DNA of 63,876 nucleotides, counting the filler, from Octopus bimaculoides (Eukaryota): the NCBI RefSeq assembly GCF_001194135.2. It is 7 parts of 6 records of this genome, joined end to end, with 100 filler letters (N's around TTAATTAATTAA, not from the genome) between each part and the next. Parts side by side here need not be neighbours in the genome. Positions count along the whole stretch, not along the records: positions 1 to 25,214 come from NC_068990.1; positions 25,315 to 31,056 come from NC_068981.1; 5 more parts are not named here. One strand, given 5' to 3'. This document shows positions 14,020 to 26,427 of the stretch, one piece after another. The notes under the pieces are model-generated. The model searched no databases, had not been told where the DNA came from, and saw only the letters and a list, made by a program, of their open reading frames with translations. The position numbers and the translations under genes are program-made. The first letter of the stretch is position 1. Every line of letters starts with the position of its first letter.

Positions 14020-14200
14020 GTTTCAAATTTTGGCACAAAAACAGCAAATTAGGTCAGAAGTAGGGAAGTAGAATACATCGACCCCACTGCATTTATTCTA
14101 TCAACCCTGAAAAGGAATTTGAACTTAAAATGTAAAGCCGAACGAAATACCATTAAGCATTTTCTCCGGCGTACTAACGACTCTGTTAGCTCGCTGCCTT
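14020..14200 (-). mobile_element. Family B SINE, decayed
   Basis: GGAATTTGAACTTAAAATGT..CCGGCGTACTAACGACTCTGTTAGCTCGC. Confidence 0.7.
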
Positions 14201-14233
14201 GAAAGTGTTATTAATATTAAGTCACTTTTTTAA

Positions 14234-14448
14234 GGTGGTGAGCTGGCAGAATCGTTAGCACGCCGGGTGAAATGTTTAGTGGCATTTCGTCTGTCCTTAT
14301 GTTCTACGTTCAAATTCTGCCGTGGTCGACTTTGCCTTTCATCCTTTTCAGGGCCAATAGATTGAGTACCAAGGGAAACATTGGAGCCGATATAATCGAC
14401 TTAACACCTCCCCAAGACTTCAGGCGTTGTGCCTATAGTAGAAAAGAT
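14234..14448 (+). mobile_element. Family B SINE
   Basis: GGTGAGCTGGCAGAATCGTTAGCACGCCGGG..GGTCGACTTTGCCTTTCATCCTTTTCAGG. Confidence 0.85.
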
Positions 14449-14579
14449 TATTATCATTATTATTTTACTTCTCACATCTCGGTCTTACTTGCTCCGGTTG
14501 ATTCTGTGAGAGCGGATAGTAACCTGTGGCCAGATGTCTCACAGTGTCTCTTTCTGCACATTATTAGCTTTTGTACTTA

Positions 14580-15320
14580 GATATTAACTTATTGTGGAAG
14601 ACACTCAACACTCAAGCACCAATCTCAAAATTCTCGCTGTCCCCAATAGAGGAGAATTTTGGGCCTGCTCTTCCCTCATGTCAATTCCAATTTCTCCGAC
14701 ATATTTCTCGAACCTGGTTGTTAATGTTCTCAATGCCCCTCTGTATTTTTCCATCTTTTCCAACTCTTTCACATTTACGCGTGCATCCATAGGTATATAC
14801 AAGGCGGTGACCGGGCAGAATCGTTAAAACGCCGGGCAAAATCTTAACGGTATTTTGTCTGCCATTACGTTCTGAGTTTAAATTCCGCCGAAGTCAACTT
14901 TGCTTTTCATAATTTCGGGGTCGATAAATTAAGAACCAGTTGCGTATTGGGGTCNNNNNNNNNNNNNNNNNNNNNNNNNNNNNNNNNNNNNNNNNNNNNN
15001 NNNNNNNNNNNAAAAATTTCGGGCCTTGTGCCTAGAGTAGAAAAGAATATCTATTATCTTGATTTTCTTTTTCCTATTATCTACCACAATAATGTCTGTC
15101 CTCCGAGCATCGATTAAGGAGTCACATTGGATTGTAAAACCCCACATTGTACTCAGTGACGCCGTCTGGCTTGTGTTTGTGCAATTTCTGTGCTCTGCCT
15201 AGAACGTACAATTCGGTGTGATTCGAACTCTGCGTGTAAAGAAGCGAGAAAAACAATGCATAGAATTTAATCCAATACTCTAACGAGCCGACCACCACCT
15301 CCCCCACTATTTCCTTTCTG
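14580..15320 (-). mobile_element. REL-endonuclease (NeSL/HERO-like) LINE C-terminal fragment, interrupted by a family B SINE at about 14805-15050
   Basis: Minus frames give KHKPDGVTE, WGFTIQCDSLIDARRTDIIVVDNRKKKIKIIDI (PD..D motif decayed) and RGALRTLTTRFEKYVGEIGI..LLGTARILRLVLE. Confidence 0.75.
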
Positions 15321-16682
15321 TGTAATAATAACAACAACAACAAAAATAATCATGTCCTATTTTTCTTTTCGCAGTGTTCGTACACGCAGCTATTGTATCC
15401 TCTACCAATAATAAACGGATTCTAAACTACCTTTTTCTCAATTCAAAACATGAGGATACTAGAATTATGAGCCGAATTTAATCTTTAGATAAAATCTTTG
15501 ATTAAATTTTATGCTTGCTGTTCAGAATTTCAAATATCAGGGATAAGGACATGTGATACCAATTTTAGTCTTTAATATTTATTTTTTTAAAATTTCTTTC
15601 AACAGTCTTATCAGGAATAATTAAAGATAGTGACTGGAATTCAAAGACAATAATAGTTATCTGCGTCAACACGAGTCAATTTAATAATTAAAAAAAGAAC
15701 ATTAGATATGCCGTTTGTTCTAAGAGGAAAAGGAAAAGTTTAAAATAATGAGAGATGGTGGGAGGAGTTAGAAATGAAGACAGTTGGAGATGTGGAGTGC
15801 TAGAGACACACAATGGAGTGTCAGTCAAAAATTTTTGCAGCATTTAGGCGCACCTCTTTTATATTTCAAGTTCAAATCTATCTAGGATCGTCTTTGTTTT
15901 TCATTAATCTATAGCGAATAAAATATATTGCTGCCATAAACTGGAAATTAAATCAATCATCGGGGCATGTTTCTCAATACTTTTTGTAGACGTGAACTAA
16001 TATCAGAAATCAATACCAAGCAAAACGGTTTTTAAAAAAAATAACAGTAAATAGAAGACAGCTAAAATTTATTAAGTAAATTAATTGTATGAGGAAGAGT
16101 TCATTCTTTATGAAGGGAGAAAACGAATCTTAAGAGATAGGTGTGGTAATGAGTCAAAGGTCAACAAAAGCTAAAGGAAACAGAAATGAATATAGNNNNN
16201 NNNNNNNNNNNNNNNNNNNNNNNNNNNNNNNNNNNNNNNNNNNNNNNNNNNNNNNNNNNNNNNNNNNNNNNNNNNNNNNNNNNNNNNNNNNNNNNNNNNN
16301 NNNNNNNNNNNNNNNNNNNNNNNNNNNNNNNNNNNNNNNNNNNNNNNNNNNNNNNNNNNNNNNNNNNNNNNNNNNNNNNNNNNNNNNNNNNNNNNNNNNN
16401 NNNNNNNNNNNNNNNNNNNNNNNNNNNNNNNNNNNNNNNNNNNNNNNNNNNNNNNNNNNNNNNNNNNNNNNNNNNNNNNNNNNNNNNNNNNNNNNNNNNN
16501 NNNNNNNNNNNNNNNNNNNNNNNNNNNNNNNNNNNNNNNNNNNNNNNNNNNNNNNNNNNNNNNNNNNNNNNNNNNNNNNNNNNNNNNNNNNNNNNNNNNN
16601 NNNNNNNNNNNNNNNNNNNNNNNNNNNNNNNNNNNNNNNNNNNNNNNNNNNNNNNNNNNNNNNNNNNNNNNNNATATATACA

Positions 16683-16829
16683 TATAGGCACAGGCGTTGC
16701 TTCCCAACGACATGGTTCCGGGTTCACTTCCATTCCGTGGCAACATAGGCGAGTGTCTTCTACTTTAGCCTCGGGCCGAGCAAAGACTTGTGAGTGGATT
16801 TGCTAGACGGAAACTGAAAGAAGCCCGTC

Positions 16830-16862
<33 letters not shown>

Positions 16863-17012
16863 CTCACCATCGCTTGACAACCGATATTGGTGTGTTTACT
16901 TCCCCATAACAAAGCGGTTCGACAAAAGAGATGATGTGGTCGATTTGTTCGATTAAAGGTGGTGCTCCACCATGGCCGCAGTCAAATGAATGAAACAAGT
17001 AAAGAATAAAAG
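16683..17012 (+). mobile_element. Family A (CORE-like) SINE with both modules
   Basis: GGTTCCGGGTTCACTTCC..GAGTGTCTTCTACTTTAGCC..GGAAACTGAAAGAAGCCCGTCG(TA)n..CATGGCCGCAGTCAAATGAATGAAAC. Confidence 0.8.
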
Positions 17013-17699
17013 AATATTTATAGATATTAGAGAAGTTTACTTCGCCATTCAACTTTTCGGAGTCGCTAAAATAAAGCGACAATACACAGTATCGGATTAA
17101 TGAAATAATTAAAATGTTGAATAATATAATTCTTGGAAGTTGTTTTCGTTCTATATTTACAGAATCCCAGGTAGATGTGACGAGCTAGTCAATGGGTAGT
17201 ACATAGGATAATGTCATATAAAAAAAAAACTGTATTACCTGAAAAAAAATAGCAAGAAATCATATTTGCATTTTCTCAAGAAAACTGCATGAGAAGCGCA
17301 TTATGCTTGTCAAGGAAACCTTACAGCAATAAATAGAGTATATTCCAGAATCAGTGAAATTTCGCATACGTTCGCATCTGCAAAAATAAATAAAAAGGAA
17401 GTTCTTTTAATGCCAAAAATCTCTCTTGTCATTCATCTCTTATTTCTATCCTTTGATGAAGAGTAAAAGTCCGAAACGTCATGTTTTATTGTTCAACACA
17501 CCCGGGAAACGTTTTGGACATTCTAAATCTTCTCCATATACAGAAATAGCACTACTGAATTTGGGACGAATATGCTGGGCACTCAATTATCAGGATTCTA
17601 ACTAAAGCCTTTTTTTGTCCAGGGATTTTTATATAACTCTAACAGGACAATTTCTCTCGGAAATGCAAGCCTGAACGCAGTTTGTATTTTTTAATTTAG

Positions 17700-17817
17700 A
17701 ACCTACAATGACCAATGCAGAACGTCTCCCCCTCATAACGCTGCCAATATTGAACAGAAGAGTAGCAAAAACCGATACAGCTCGGCACCAGTGCCGCCAC
17801 AGAAGAACAGAAGCTAA
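17700..17817 (+). CDS. Possible terminal coding exon of an unidentified plus-strand gene
   Basis: Acceptor TTTGTATTTTTTAATTTAG|A then TYNDQCRTSPPHNAANIEQKSSKNRYSSAPVPPQKNRS*; non-repetitive and GC-richer than flanks; no partner exon identified. Confidence 0.2.
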
Positions 17818-19479
17818 TTCAGTATATTTTGTTGAACGCTCTAAAAATTCTGTTATAATCATTCCAACCAGAGACGTTATTTCGTCAACCGATTCCAGGA
17901 GGGAAAAAAGACAAAGTTCAGCTCGTCAGCGCTTGAGCTCAGAATGTGGAAAGCGGAACAACCGGAATAAAAATGCTGCTTGGTATCTTGTCCAACACTA
18001 ACGATTCTACCAATCTACCTCGTTAACGATGAAGAATAGATCAACATGTAAAAAGAGGGAATGTCTTAAACATTTTCACAGTTGTTATTTTTTATACTTT
18101 TTAATTATTAACATTATTGAAGACAGTGGAATGGCGATAAAATATCTTTCGATGTTTATGTTTTTATACTGTATCTTAGATATGCCATTAAACTGCGTCC
18201 GGTAATGGAACCCTGGTTCGGAAGTTCCGGGCTTTTGAAGGTTGTGGAACCACATCCTGGCTACTAATGTTTCCATTCCTACTCTGATAGCACTTGTCAG
18301 GATCCCAGTTATGGTTATTTAGAATATCACTCACACATCCCAACAGGCTATGGGTAGAGGAGACTTTTTAGCACTTTCGCTGCACATCTAAGAGTAGGTA
18401 ACTCAGTATAAATCCTGCATCCTGATAACTACTTCGCTTTTTGGCACTTGTTGTATCAAACCAATAGAACCTTGAAGGACGAGAAACCTGACTGGTTTTG
18501 TACAAACTATGCCCATAATAACAATAAGCCCCAGTTGCTTCGTAGGTTAATTTATTGAGCATTTACAGAAGGCTAAAGCAGTGAACACCTACAGAAAATA
18601 CGGAGGAAGGAACCCTAAGGCAGATATCTGGAATACCCTGTGGTCCCATGTTTGTTGCTAACGTATTGGATTGTCTTTCCTTCGTGGCATATCCATGAGT
18701 GAAGAAGTGGTAAGAGTTTTCAAGGCTTGCATTTGCTTCTGGAAACATCCTAAACACAGAAGAGGTGGTTAAGCAACTATTTCTGCAATACAGTCCACCA
18801 ACGATAGAAAAGGGCAACTACATACTTTGTGAGTTCAAATCAGACAGATATCCTCTTTACCTTTCATCATTTCGAGGTCAATAAGAAAATACCAGTCAAA
18901 TATTGGTATTTTATTTTTTTTTATTTATCCACTCTTGTCTTGCCAATGTTTTTTTTTTCTCTGAACCAATGTTAGGAATGTTTATTAACATTGACGTTTC
19001 ACCCGTAGACCTAGACTTTGAATACTTTTGCGCCATGTTCTTGGCAATAACATTTGTTCAATTATCATCACTACCATCATCGTTATTATTATCGTCTGAG
19101 AATAAAAACAGGTGTGCATGCGCTTGTGCGTATGTGTATGTGTGTGTAAGTGTCCATTCTTGTGTGCGTGTGTGTGTGTTTTTACTTCAATTTCATGCCA
19201 AAATATGAAGAAGAGACAGTAAGTGAGAGGTATTTATCGGTTCACCTACAACAGCCACAAATGTTCTAACCAGAAATTTCTGTGTTTGTTGATGTACATG
19301 ATAACCATACGTGTAATGTTTCCTTCTCGGTACGTCAAACTAATATGGAATGAGAAAAATCTCTGAATCTTGGCAGATATCTTCTTTTGTGTTGCTTCAC
19401 TGCTTCACAATAAATACATCTTCTCACTTGCTCTGTTACTTCAGCTATTGACTAGGAAATCCAATATATTATTTATTCT

Positions 19480-19683
19480 AGTATGTCAATAAACGTGTTA
19501 GTATACCAATAAATATGTTAGTATGCCAATAAAGATGTAAGTATACAAATAAGAATGTTAGTATGCTAATGAATGTGTTAGCATATCAATAAATATGTTA
19601 GTATACCGATAGAGATGTTAAAATACCAATAAATATACTGTTATAACAATAAATATGTTTATATACAAATAAATATGTTAGTA
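19480..19683. repeat. Degenerate 20-bp minisatellite, about 10 units
   Basis: Unit approximately AATAAATATGTTAGTATACC repeated with substitutions. Confidence 0.8.
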
Positions 19684-20100
19684 GAGAAAAACTTATGTGA
19701 ATATACCTGTAGCATATTTATTACTCAGTCTCCCTCACTAACTTATATCTTGTCTTCCTCATCAAATAACTTGTATACTCTCTCATCCTCACTTACTAAC
19801 ACTGCATCTCTCTCTCTTTCTCTCCATCTCATAGATGTACATCATCATAGATGTACACAAGCCTATGTGCAGAGATATGATTGTCTCGGTCAGCTGCTTG
19901 TACCTCAACGCTTTAACGTCACACCATACTGTTACTCGCTCGTTATGGATTGGTTTAATTGCCAGGCGGAATCTTATTTGGCACTTGGCCCCTTTGTTAC
20001 TCGAATTTAGAAGACAACTAACTAAATTACAGATTGTGTAACTCAAAACTAAAACACGCATTCCTTCATTCAATTTTTGAAACGAGCGTGCTTATCTGTC

Positions 20101-20169
<69 letters not shown>

Positions 20170-20172
20170 ATA

Positions 20173-20390
20173 CAGTAATCCCTCACCATATTGCGGTTCA
20201 CTTATCGCGGTTTATTATTTAAGCTTTCGTCGATGCCTCTGGGGTGTTGTTTTGCATTTATAATAAAATAAATATATACAAATTATAAAAATAAAAATAT
20301 ATATATATACAGTACAGTATTGTTTCTACTTCGCGGATTTTCACCTATCGTGTGTGCGTATTTGAACCCACGACAGTCAAGGGATTACTG
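20173..20390. mobile_element. pogo/Tigger-type MITE
   Basis: Terminal inverted repeats CAGTAATCCCT / AGGGATTACTG, TA on the left flank (TT on the right), no coding capacity. Confidence 0.75.
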
Positions 20391-21844
20391 TTTGTTCTGC
20401 TGCACATACACATACGGATTTATAGCAAAAGTGTGACAAAAATGTCACAAAAATGTAGTCTGTGAACTACCTTTCATCTATCTTTGACTGCACAATTAAA
20501 ATTTATAGTCATTCCCATAATGATGTAAATTATCCACCAAAAAAAAACTCACATTTTGCGGTATCTCCTGTATGTACTGTTTAAATATCCGCCAGAAAAA
20601 GTATTTGATCTCTGCTCGTTAAAGAAATATTTGATGAAATACGTGAAAAAAAAAATCAAGGAAATATGAAAACTTATCCTTTGTAAAAAGCGTCACTGGA
20701 AATGACCCCACTTCTCGCAGCATAAAGAGAAATAACGATAATACAATTTTGAACGGATATAACCGTTTTCATTTTCCAAAGGGTTACCTATTGCTAATAA
20801 GCAATACTTATTTGTGAAGAATAGAAATGAATAATATGCCAGGCATGTGTCCAGCAGGCAGTTACACTTGGCGAACTTTCGTTACATTAAACAGTATAAG
20901 TTGTGTGTAAATGATTTTTCATGGAATCTATTTTAAACGTATTTTCGTAAATAATACGCAGCAGGAGTTTTTCCTCTTTGCTGTTGTAAACTTTAATTAT
21001 GTGCTTTCTTCTTGCTATTCTTCTACTATGCGCATTTATTTCGGATTCGAAGTAGTCCGGTTATTCTTACTAGCGTTATTAAATCATTTTGCTATCAGAC
21101 TTACTCTTCGTGTCGTCTAACCGTGTTGTATCTATTCACTTCTATTTGCATATCCACCAACAGATACTAAACTCGTGACACTGCCAGCAGAACACGAAGT
21201 CCTCTACCCAACAAAAGAATGCACAGTACGAAACTGGCTTTCCAACAAAAGAACGTACAGTAATTTCCGATAACAATCTTATCATTAAACCCGAGAATTA
21301 CGAATTATTAACAGAGAGCAGCTGATTTTTTCGAGAAACATGTCTTTTTCTGCAGACACCGCAGCTTTTCATGTTCGATACCAATAAATATATTAGCGTA
21401 CAAATACAGACAGCAGCAAGCTGTTAAATATTTCGGAATATCATTAATCATGTTAAAACAACATGCGCAGACATGTTTATGTAGCTAAGAAGTTCGTATC
21501 TCAGCCATGAGCTTCAAGATTCATTCCAATTTTACTATTTATTGGGCAAGTAACATTTACTATAACCTCGTGTTAATCAATATCTTGTGAAGATAATTTT
21601 GTAGACGAAAATTACGCACAAGCTAGGCTGTGTGTGTGTGTGTATGAGAGAGAGACAGAGAGAGTAATGTGTGTAAATAAGGAGTTGATTCTTAGTAAAG
21701 AAACAAGTCCTTTCGCCTGAATCTGGATTTCAAAAATGACATGCATGTTTTAAAAATTCCGTGTACAGGTTGAATTTGCGTTTTCTGACTAGTCTCTTTG
21801 CCTGCAATCTCTTCATTTTCGAGGAATATAGTGACGTACATTAA

Positions 21845-22065
21845 GGCGGCGAGCTGGCAGAAACGTTAGCACGCCGGGCGAAATGCTTAGCAATATTTCA
21901 TCTGCCGTTACGTTCTGAGTTCAAATTCCGCCGAGGTCGACTTTGCCTTTCATCCTTTCGGGGTCGATAAATTAAGTACCAGTTACGCACTGGGGTCGCT
22001 GTAATCGACTTAATCCCTTTGTATGTCCTTGTTTGTCCCCTGTATGTTTAGCCATTGTAGGCTAT
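21845..22065 (+). mobile_element. Family B SINE, near full length
   Basis: Complete head, B-box GAGTTCAAATTCC, Meta-like CCTTTCATCCTTTCGGGGTCGATAAATTAAGTACC and 3' tail. Confidence 0.9.
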
Positions 22066-23672
22066 AGAGAAATAAGAAACGTTAGCACGCCAGGCGAAAT
22101 GCTTAGCGGTATTTCGTCTGCCGCTACTGGTACTAAATTTTCGGGGAGGAGGAGGCCAGTCGATTAGATCAACCCCAGTTGACACTGATGTCGTAGCAAT
22201 GACATTTGACTGACATGCAGTGACTGGACGAGTCCCACTGATGATTTTCAATAGAATGAAATAATGTGATATGGGAATTCCGGTGCCCAATGGCCGGTGA
22301 TTCTTCTCTGCAACGATCTATGTGTGTGCTTTTATGAACTGAGCCCCTTTATGGGAGGATCTTTCAATGTTAATAACGCCGTTCCCTGTGTTCTACGAAG
22401 ATTTCCATGTTAAGTTGGCTATAAAGATTACCTTTTGGTATCTGCTTCTGTCGCTTTTGGTAACTGTTTCTGTTATCAATAATTAATTTTTTGTATGTTT
22501 ATATGTATCTTTCGTCGATGTATACCGACGAAGGATAAAAACGTCGGCTATCAAACTGAAGAACTGATGTTTTTCGAATAAAGACTTGCAATATTTGCTT
22601 ATAAGACATTCACATTCTGGCCTTCAGAAGTTCTGTAAATTATTGATTGGCCTTTAGAAATTTGTAACCAATAAAGCTGTTGCGCACAAAATTATGTATG
22701 AAACGGCAGTACATGCGTTAGGTTACGTGATATAGACAACTCTAATGAGAATACAAGGTTCGAAAATCGAATAAGGATGTTTGTCATTTTTTCAGTCTAC
22801 GCAGAAATAGTTAAATCTGTCATGTTTGTGCATCTATGACATAGAACTACTTATATTATATCATACCGTATGGACTGAAATTCCCATTGACAGGCCATAG
22901 ATATTAAATAACAATTAAACACTTATGGTATGCAAATTAGTATCTCCAATTCTCATTAGCAACTAGATTTGTTGTAAATATAAACTGACTGCTTGCTTGT
23001 TTCTCTTGGTTTGGATAAGTGATGCAGGCACTTCTGATGAGAACACAATAATACTCGAAAATCAATTAAGATTATTCATAATCGTTTTCGATCTACACAG
23101 AAAGAGTTAAACTGTACGTGTTTGTATATCTACTACGTATGTGTGTGTGTGTTCAGTGTACGTAAGCCTATTTCTGTTTATGTGTAAGAAAGACAGTGTT
23201 AATGTGAACTGGGTTCAATTAATAAATTGTCGTATCTCTCGGTCTCTTTCATTTTCTCTATCCGTATGCGTATATTTCTGCATGCGTGTCTGTCTGTATG
23301 TCTGTCTGTCTGTCAGTCCATGTCTGTTCACCCTTGGTACTAAAAAGTACCGTTGCACGAAAAACATCATTGACACGATAGATTTAATGTCCATATACAG
23401 CAACGCTCTTAAACGCTTGAATACGATAATTTACGTGCCTTCATAAATGTGGATACGTGTACATATATCTCTGTGTGTTTGCATGTGTAGAAATGCACAT
23501 ACACACATGTGCATGCACATTTAAAGAAACTCACACACACACGTATATGCATATGTATATATGTGTATATATGTATACAAACACAGGTACATACATACAT
23601 ATATATATAGATACATATATATATATATATATACATACATATATATATATATATGCATGTATATATGTATGT

Positions 23673-23733
<61 letters not shown>

Positions 23734-24591
23734 TGTATATATATATGTATGTGTGTATATATATATATATGTATGTATATANNNNNNNNNNNNNNNNNNN
23801 NNNNNNNNNNNNNNNNNNNNNNNNNNNNNNNNNNNNNNNNNNNNNNNNNNNNNNNNNNNNNNNNNNNNNNNNNNNNNNNNNNNNNNNNNNNNNNNNNNNN
23901 NNNNNNNNNNNNNNNNNNNNNNNNNNNNNNNNNNNNNNNNNNNNNNNNNNNNNNNNNNNNNNNNNNNNNNNNNNNNNNNNNNNNNNNNNNNNNNNNNNNN
24001 NNNNNNNNNNNNNNNNNNNNNNNNNNNNNNNNNNNNNNNNNNNNNNNNNNNNNNNNNNNNNNNNNNNNNNNNNNNNNNNNNNNNNNNNNNNNNNNNNNNN
24101 NNNNNNNNNNNNNNNNNNNNNNNNNNNNNNNNNNNNNNNNNNNNNNNNNNNNNNNNNNNNNNNNNNNNNNNNNNNNNNNNNNNNNNNNNNNNNNNNNNNN
24201 NNNNNNNNNNNNNNNNNNNNNNNNNNNNNNNNNNNNNNNNNNNNNNNNNNNNNNNNNNNNNNNNNNNNNNNNNNNNNNNNNNNNNNNNNNNNNNNNNNNN
24301 NNNNNNNNNNNNNNNNNNNNNNNNNNNNNNNNNNNNNNNNNNNNNNNNNNNNNNNNNNNNNNNNNNNNNNNNNNNNNNNNNNNNNNNNNNNNNNNNNNNN
24401 NNNNNNNNNNNNNNNNNNNNNNNNNNNNNNNNNNNNNNNNNNNNNNNNNNNNNNNNNNNNNNNNNNNNNNNNNNNNNNNNNNNNNNNNNNNNNNNNNNNN
24501 NNNNNNNNNNNNNNNNNNNNNNNNNNNNNNNNNNNNNNNNNNNNNNNNNNNNNNNNNNNNNNNNNNNNNNNNNNNNNNNNNNNNNNNNNTA

Positions 24592-24623
<32 letters not shown>

Positions 24624-24931
24624 CACATACATACAAATATATATTTACATATTTTTATGTATATAGATAAAGATATAAAAATAAATACCTTCGTACATGT
24701 ATACATGCGTATGCATATACATATGTGCGTTTGCATTTGTATATGCACATAAGCGTATGTGCGTGTAATGTATGTCTGCCAATCATTTATTCAAAAATAT
24801 ATGTAAAACTGCAATAAGCCACGAGTAAACCAAATTTACACACAAGGAAGCTTTCCATTTCGATTCCGCCTGACTCATTTGACAACAAAATTCTATTTGT
24901 TTTGTTTTCAACTTGATAGTCATATGTATTT

Positions 24932-25165
24932 CTTATTTCTTTATTGCCCAAAAGGGGCTAAACAGAGAGGGGACAAACAAGGACAGACAAAGGGATTCAG
25001 TCGATTACATCGACTCCAGTGCGTAACTGGTACTTAATTTATCGACCCCGAAAGGATGAAAGGCAAAATCGACCTCGGTGCAATTTGAATTCAGAACGTA
25101 ACGGCAGACGAAATACCGCTAAGCATTTCGCCCAGCGGGCTAACATTTCTGCCAGCTCGCCGTCT
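24932..25165 (-). mobile_element. Family B SINE, near full length
   Basis: Reverse complement of the 21845-22065 copy with few substitutions. Confidence 0.9.
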
Positions 25166-25183
25166 TAATCATGTGTATTTCTC

Positions 25184-25214
<31 letters not shown>

Positions 25215-25314
25215 NNNNNNNNNNNNNNNNNNNNNNNNNNNNNNNNNNNNNNNNNNNNTTAATTAATTAANNNNNNNNNNNNNNNNNNNNNNNNNNNNNN
25301 NNNNNNNNNNNNNN
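25215..25314. other. Assembly join: 44 N + TTAATTAATTAA + 44 N; the same 12-mer also at 31101, 37581, 46711, 53037 and 58642
   Basis: Identical palindromic 12-mer embedded in N runs six times; the first join totals exactly 100 bp. Confidence 0.95.
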
Positions 25315-25558
25315 GCGGGTGGCACATAAAAGACACCATTTCGAGCGTGGCCGTTTTCGTGTGGGTGACACGTAAAAGCACCCACTACACTCTCTGAGTG
25401 GTTGGCGTTAGGAAGGGCATCCAGCTGTAGAAACTCTGCCAAATTAGCCTGGAGCCTAGTGTTGCCATCCGGTTTCACCAGTCCTCAGTCAAATTGTCCA
25501 ACCCATGCTCGCATGGAAAGCGGACGTTAAACGATGATGATGATGATGATGATGATGA
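25315..25558 (+). mobile_element. Retroposon 3' tail (RTE-associated) ending in (GAT)n
   Basis: GGCGTTAGGAAGGGCATCCAGC..CCAACCCATGCTCGCATGGAAAGCGGACGTTAAAC(GAT)n; inverted homolog at 31193-31310. Confidence 0.6.
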
Positions 25559-25569
25559 TACATACATGA

Positions 25570-26302
25570 AAATCAAAAAATTCAGCATTTTGAAGTCTGC
25601 TCGATGCTCTTTCTGCGAAACACCAATGATCCTTTTCTTGACCAAATAGTCACTTTTGATGAAAAGTGAATCCTTTATGATAACCATAAATGATCAGGTC
25701 AATGGCTTAATTGTGATGAGTCCCCCAAATATTTCCCAAAGCCAAAGTTGGATCAGCAAAAGATTATGGTGACTGTCTGGTGGTCTGCAATTGGTGTTGA
25801 CCATTACAGCTTTCTAGAAGCCAGTCAGAGCATTACAGCAGAGCTTTACTGCAATCAACTCGCTGAAATTCATGCTCACTTGCAAAAAACTATATCTGCA
25901 TCGGTGAACTGGCATGGCCCAATTCTGCTCCATAATAATGCCAACTCACATGTTGCAAGAATGATGCTGCAGAAACTCACAGACTTGGAATCCAAAACTT
26001 TACTACATCCTCCATATTCTCTTGATCTTTCACCGTCTGACTACCATTTTTGAAAGCATTTAAACACGTTTTTCAGTAATAAAACTTTCAGGTCCAAACC
26101 ATAGGTGGAATCAGCTTTCAAAGATTTTTTAATATCAAAGCCAATAAGTTTTTATCAACAAAGCATAAATAAATCTCGTTGATCGATGGCAGAGATGCAT
26201 AGCTGTTCACGGCTCATACTTTGACTAATCACAACTTTTCTATTAATTTTTCCAGAATAAAATTATGTATCTATCGGCCATTATTTTCGGAACAACCTAA
26301 TA
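25570..26302 (+). mobile_element. mariner transposase relic (catalytic DD34D domain) with right TIR
   Basis: IVTFDEK*ILYDN, KIMVTVWWSAIG, ILLHNNANSH, HPPYSLDLSPSDYHF, RWQRCI..GSYFD*; TIR-like TTATTTTCGGAACAACCTAA|TA. Confidence 0.85.
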
Positions 26303-26427
26303 ATATAATATATCTAATTTTGAAAAAAACAAATATAAAGCAAACAATTTGTTTTGACTCCTTGAAAATTTTATTAGAAATCAAATCGCAAACCATATGA
26401 ATTCTGCAAAATGCGAGCTTTCTTTTC

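Noticed and set aside
15375-15480. Strong plus-strand acceptor TTTTCTTTTCGCAG as an exon start
   Set aside because: No donor, all frames close within about 35 codons, no recognisable product
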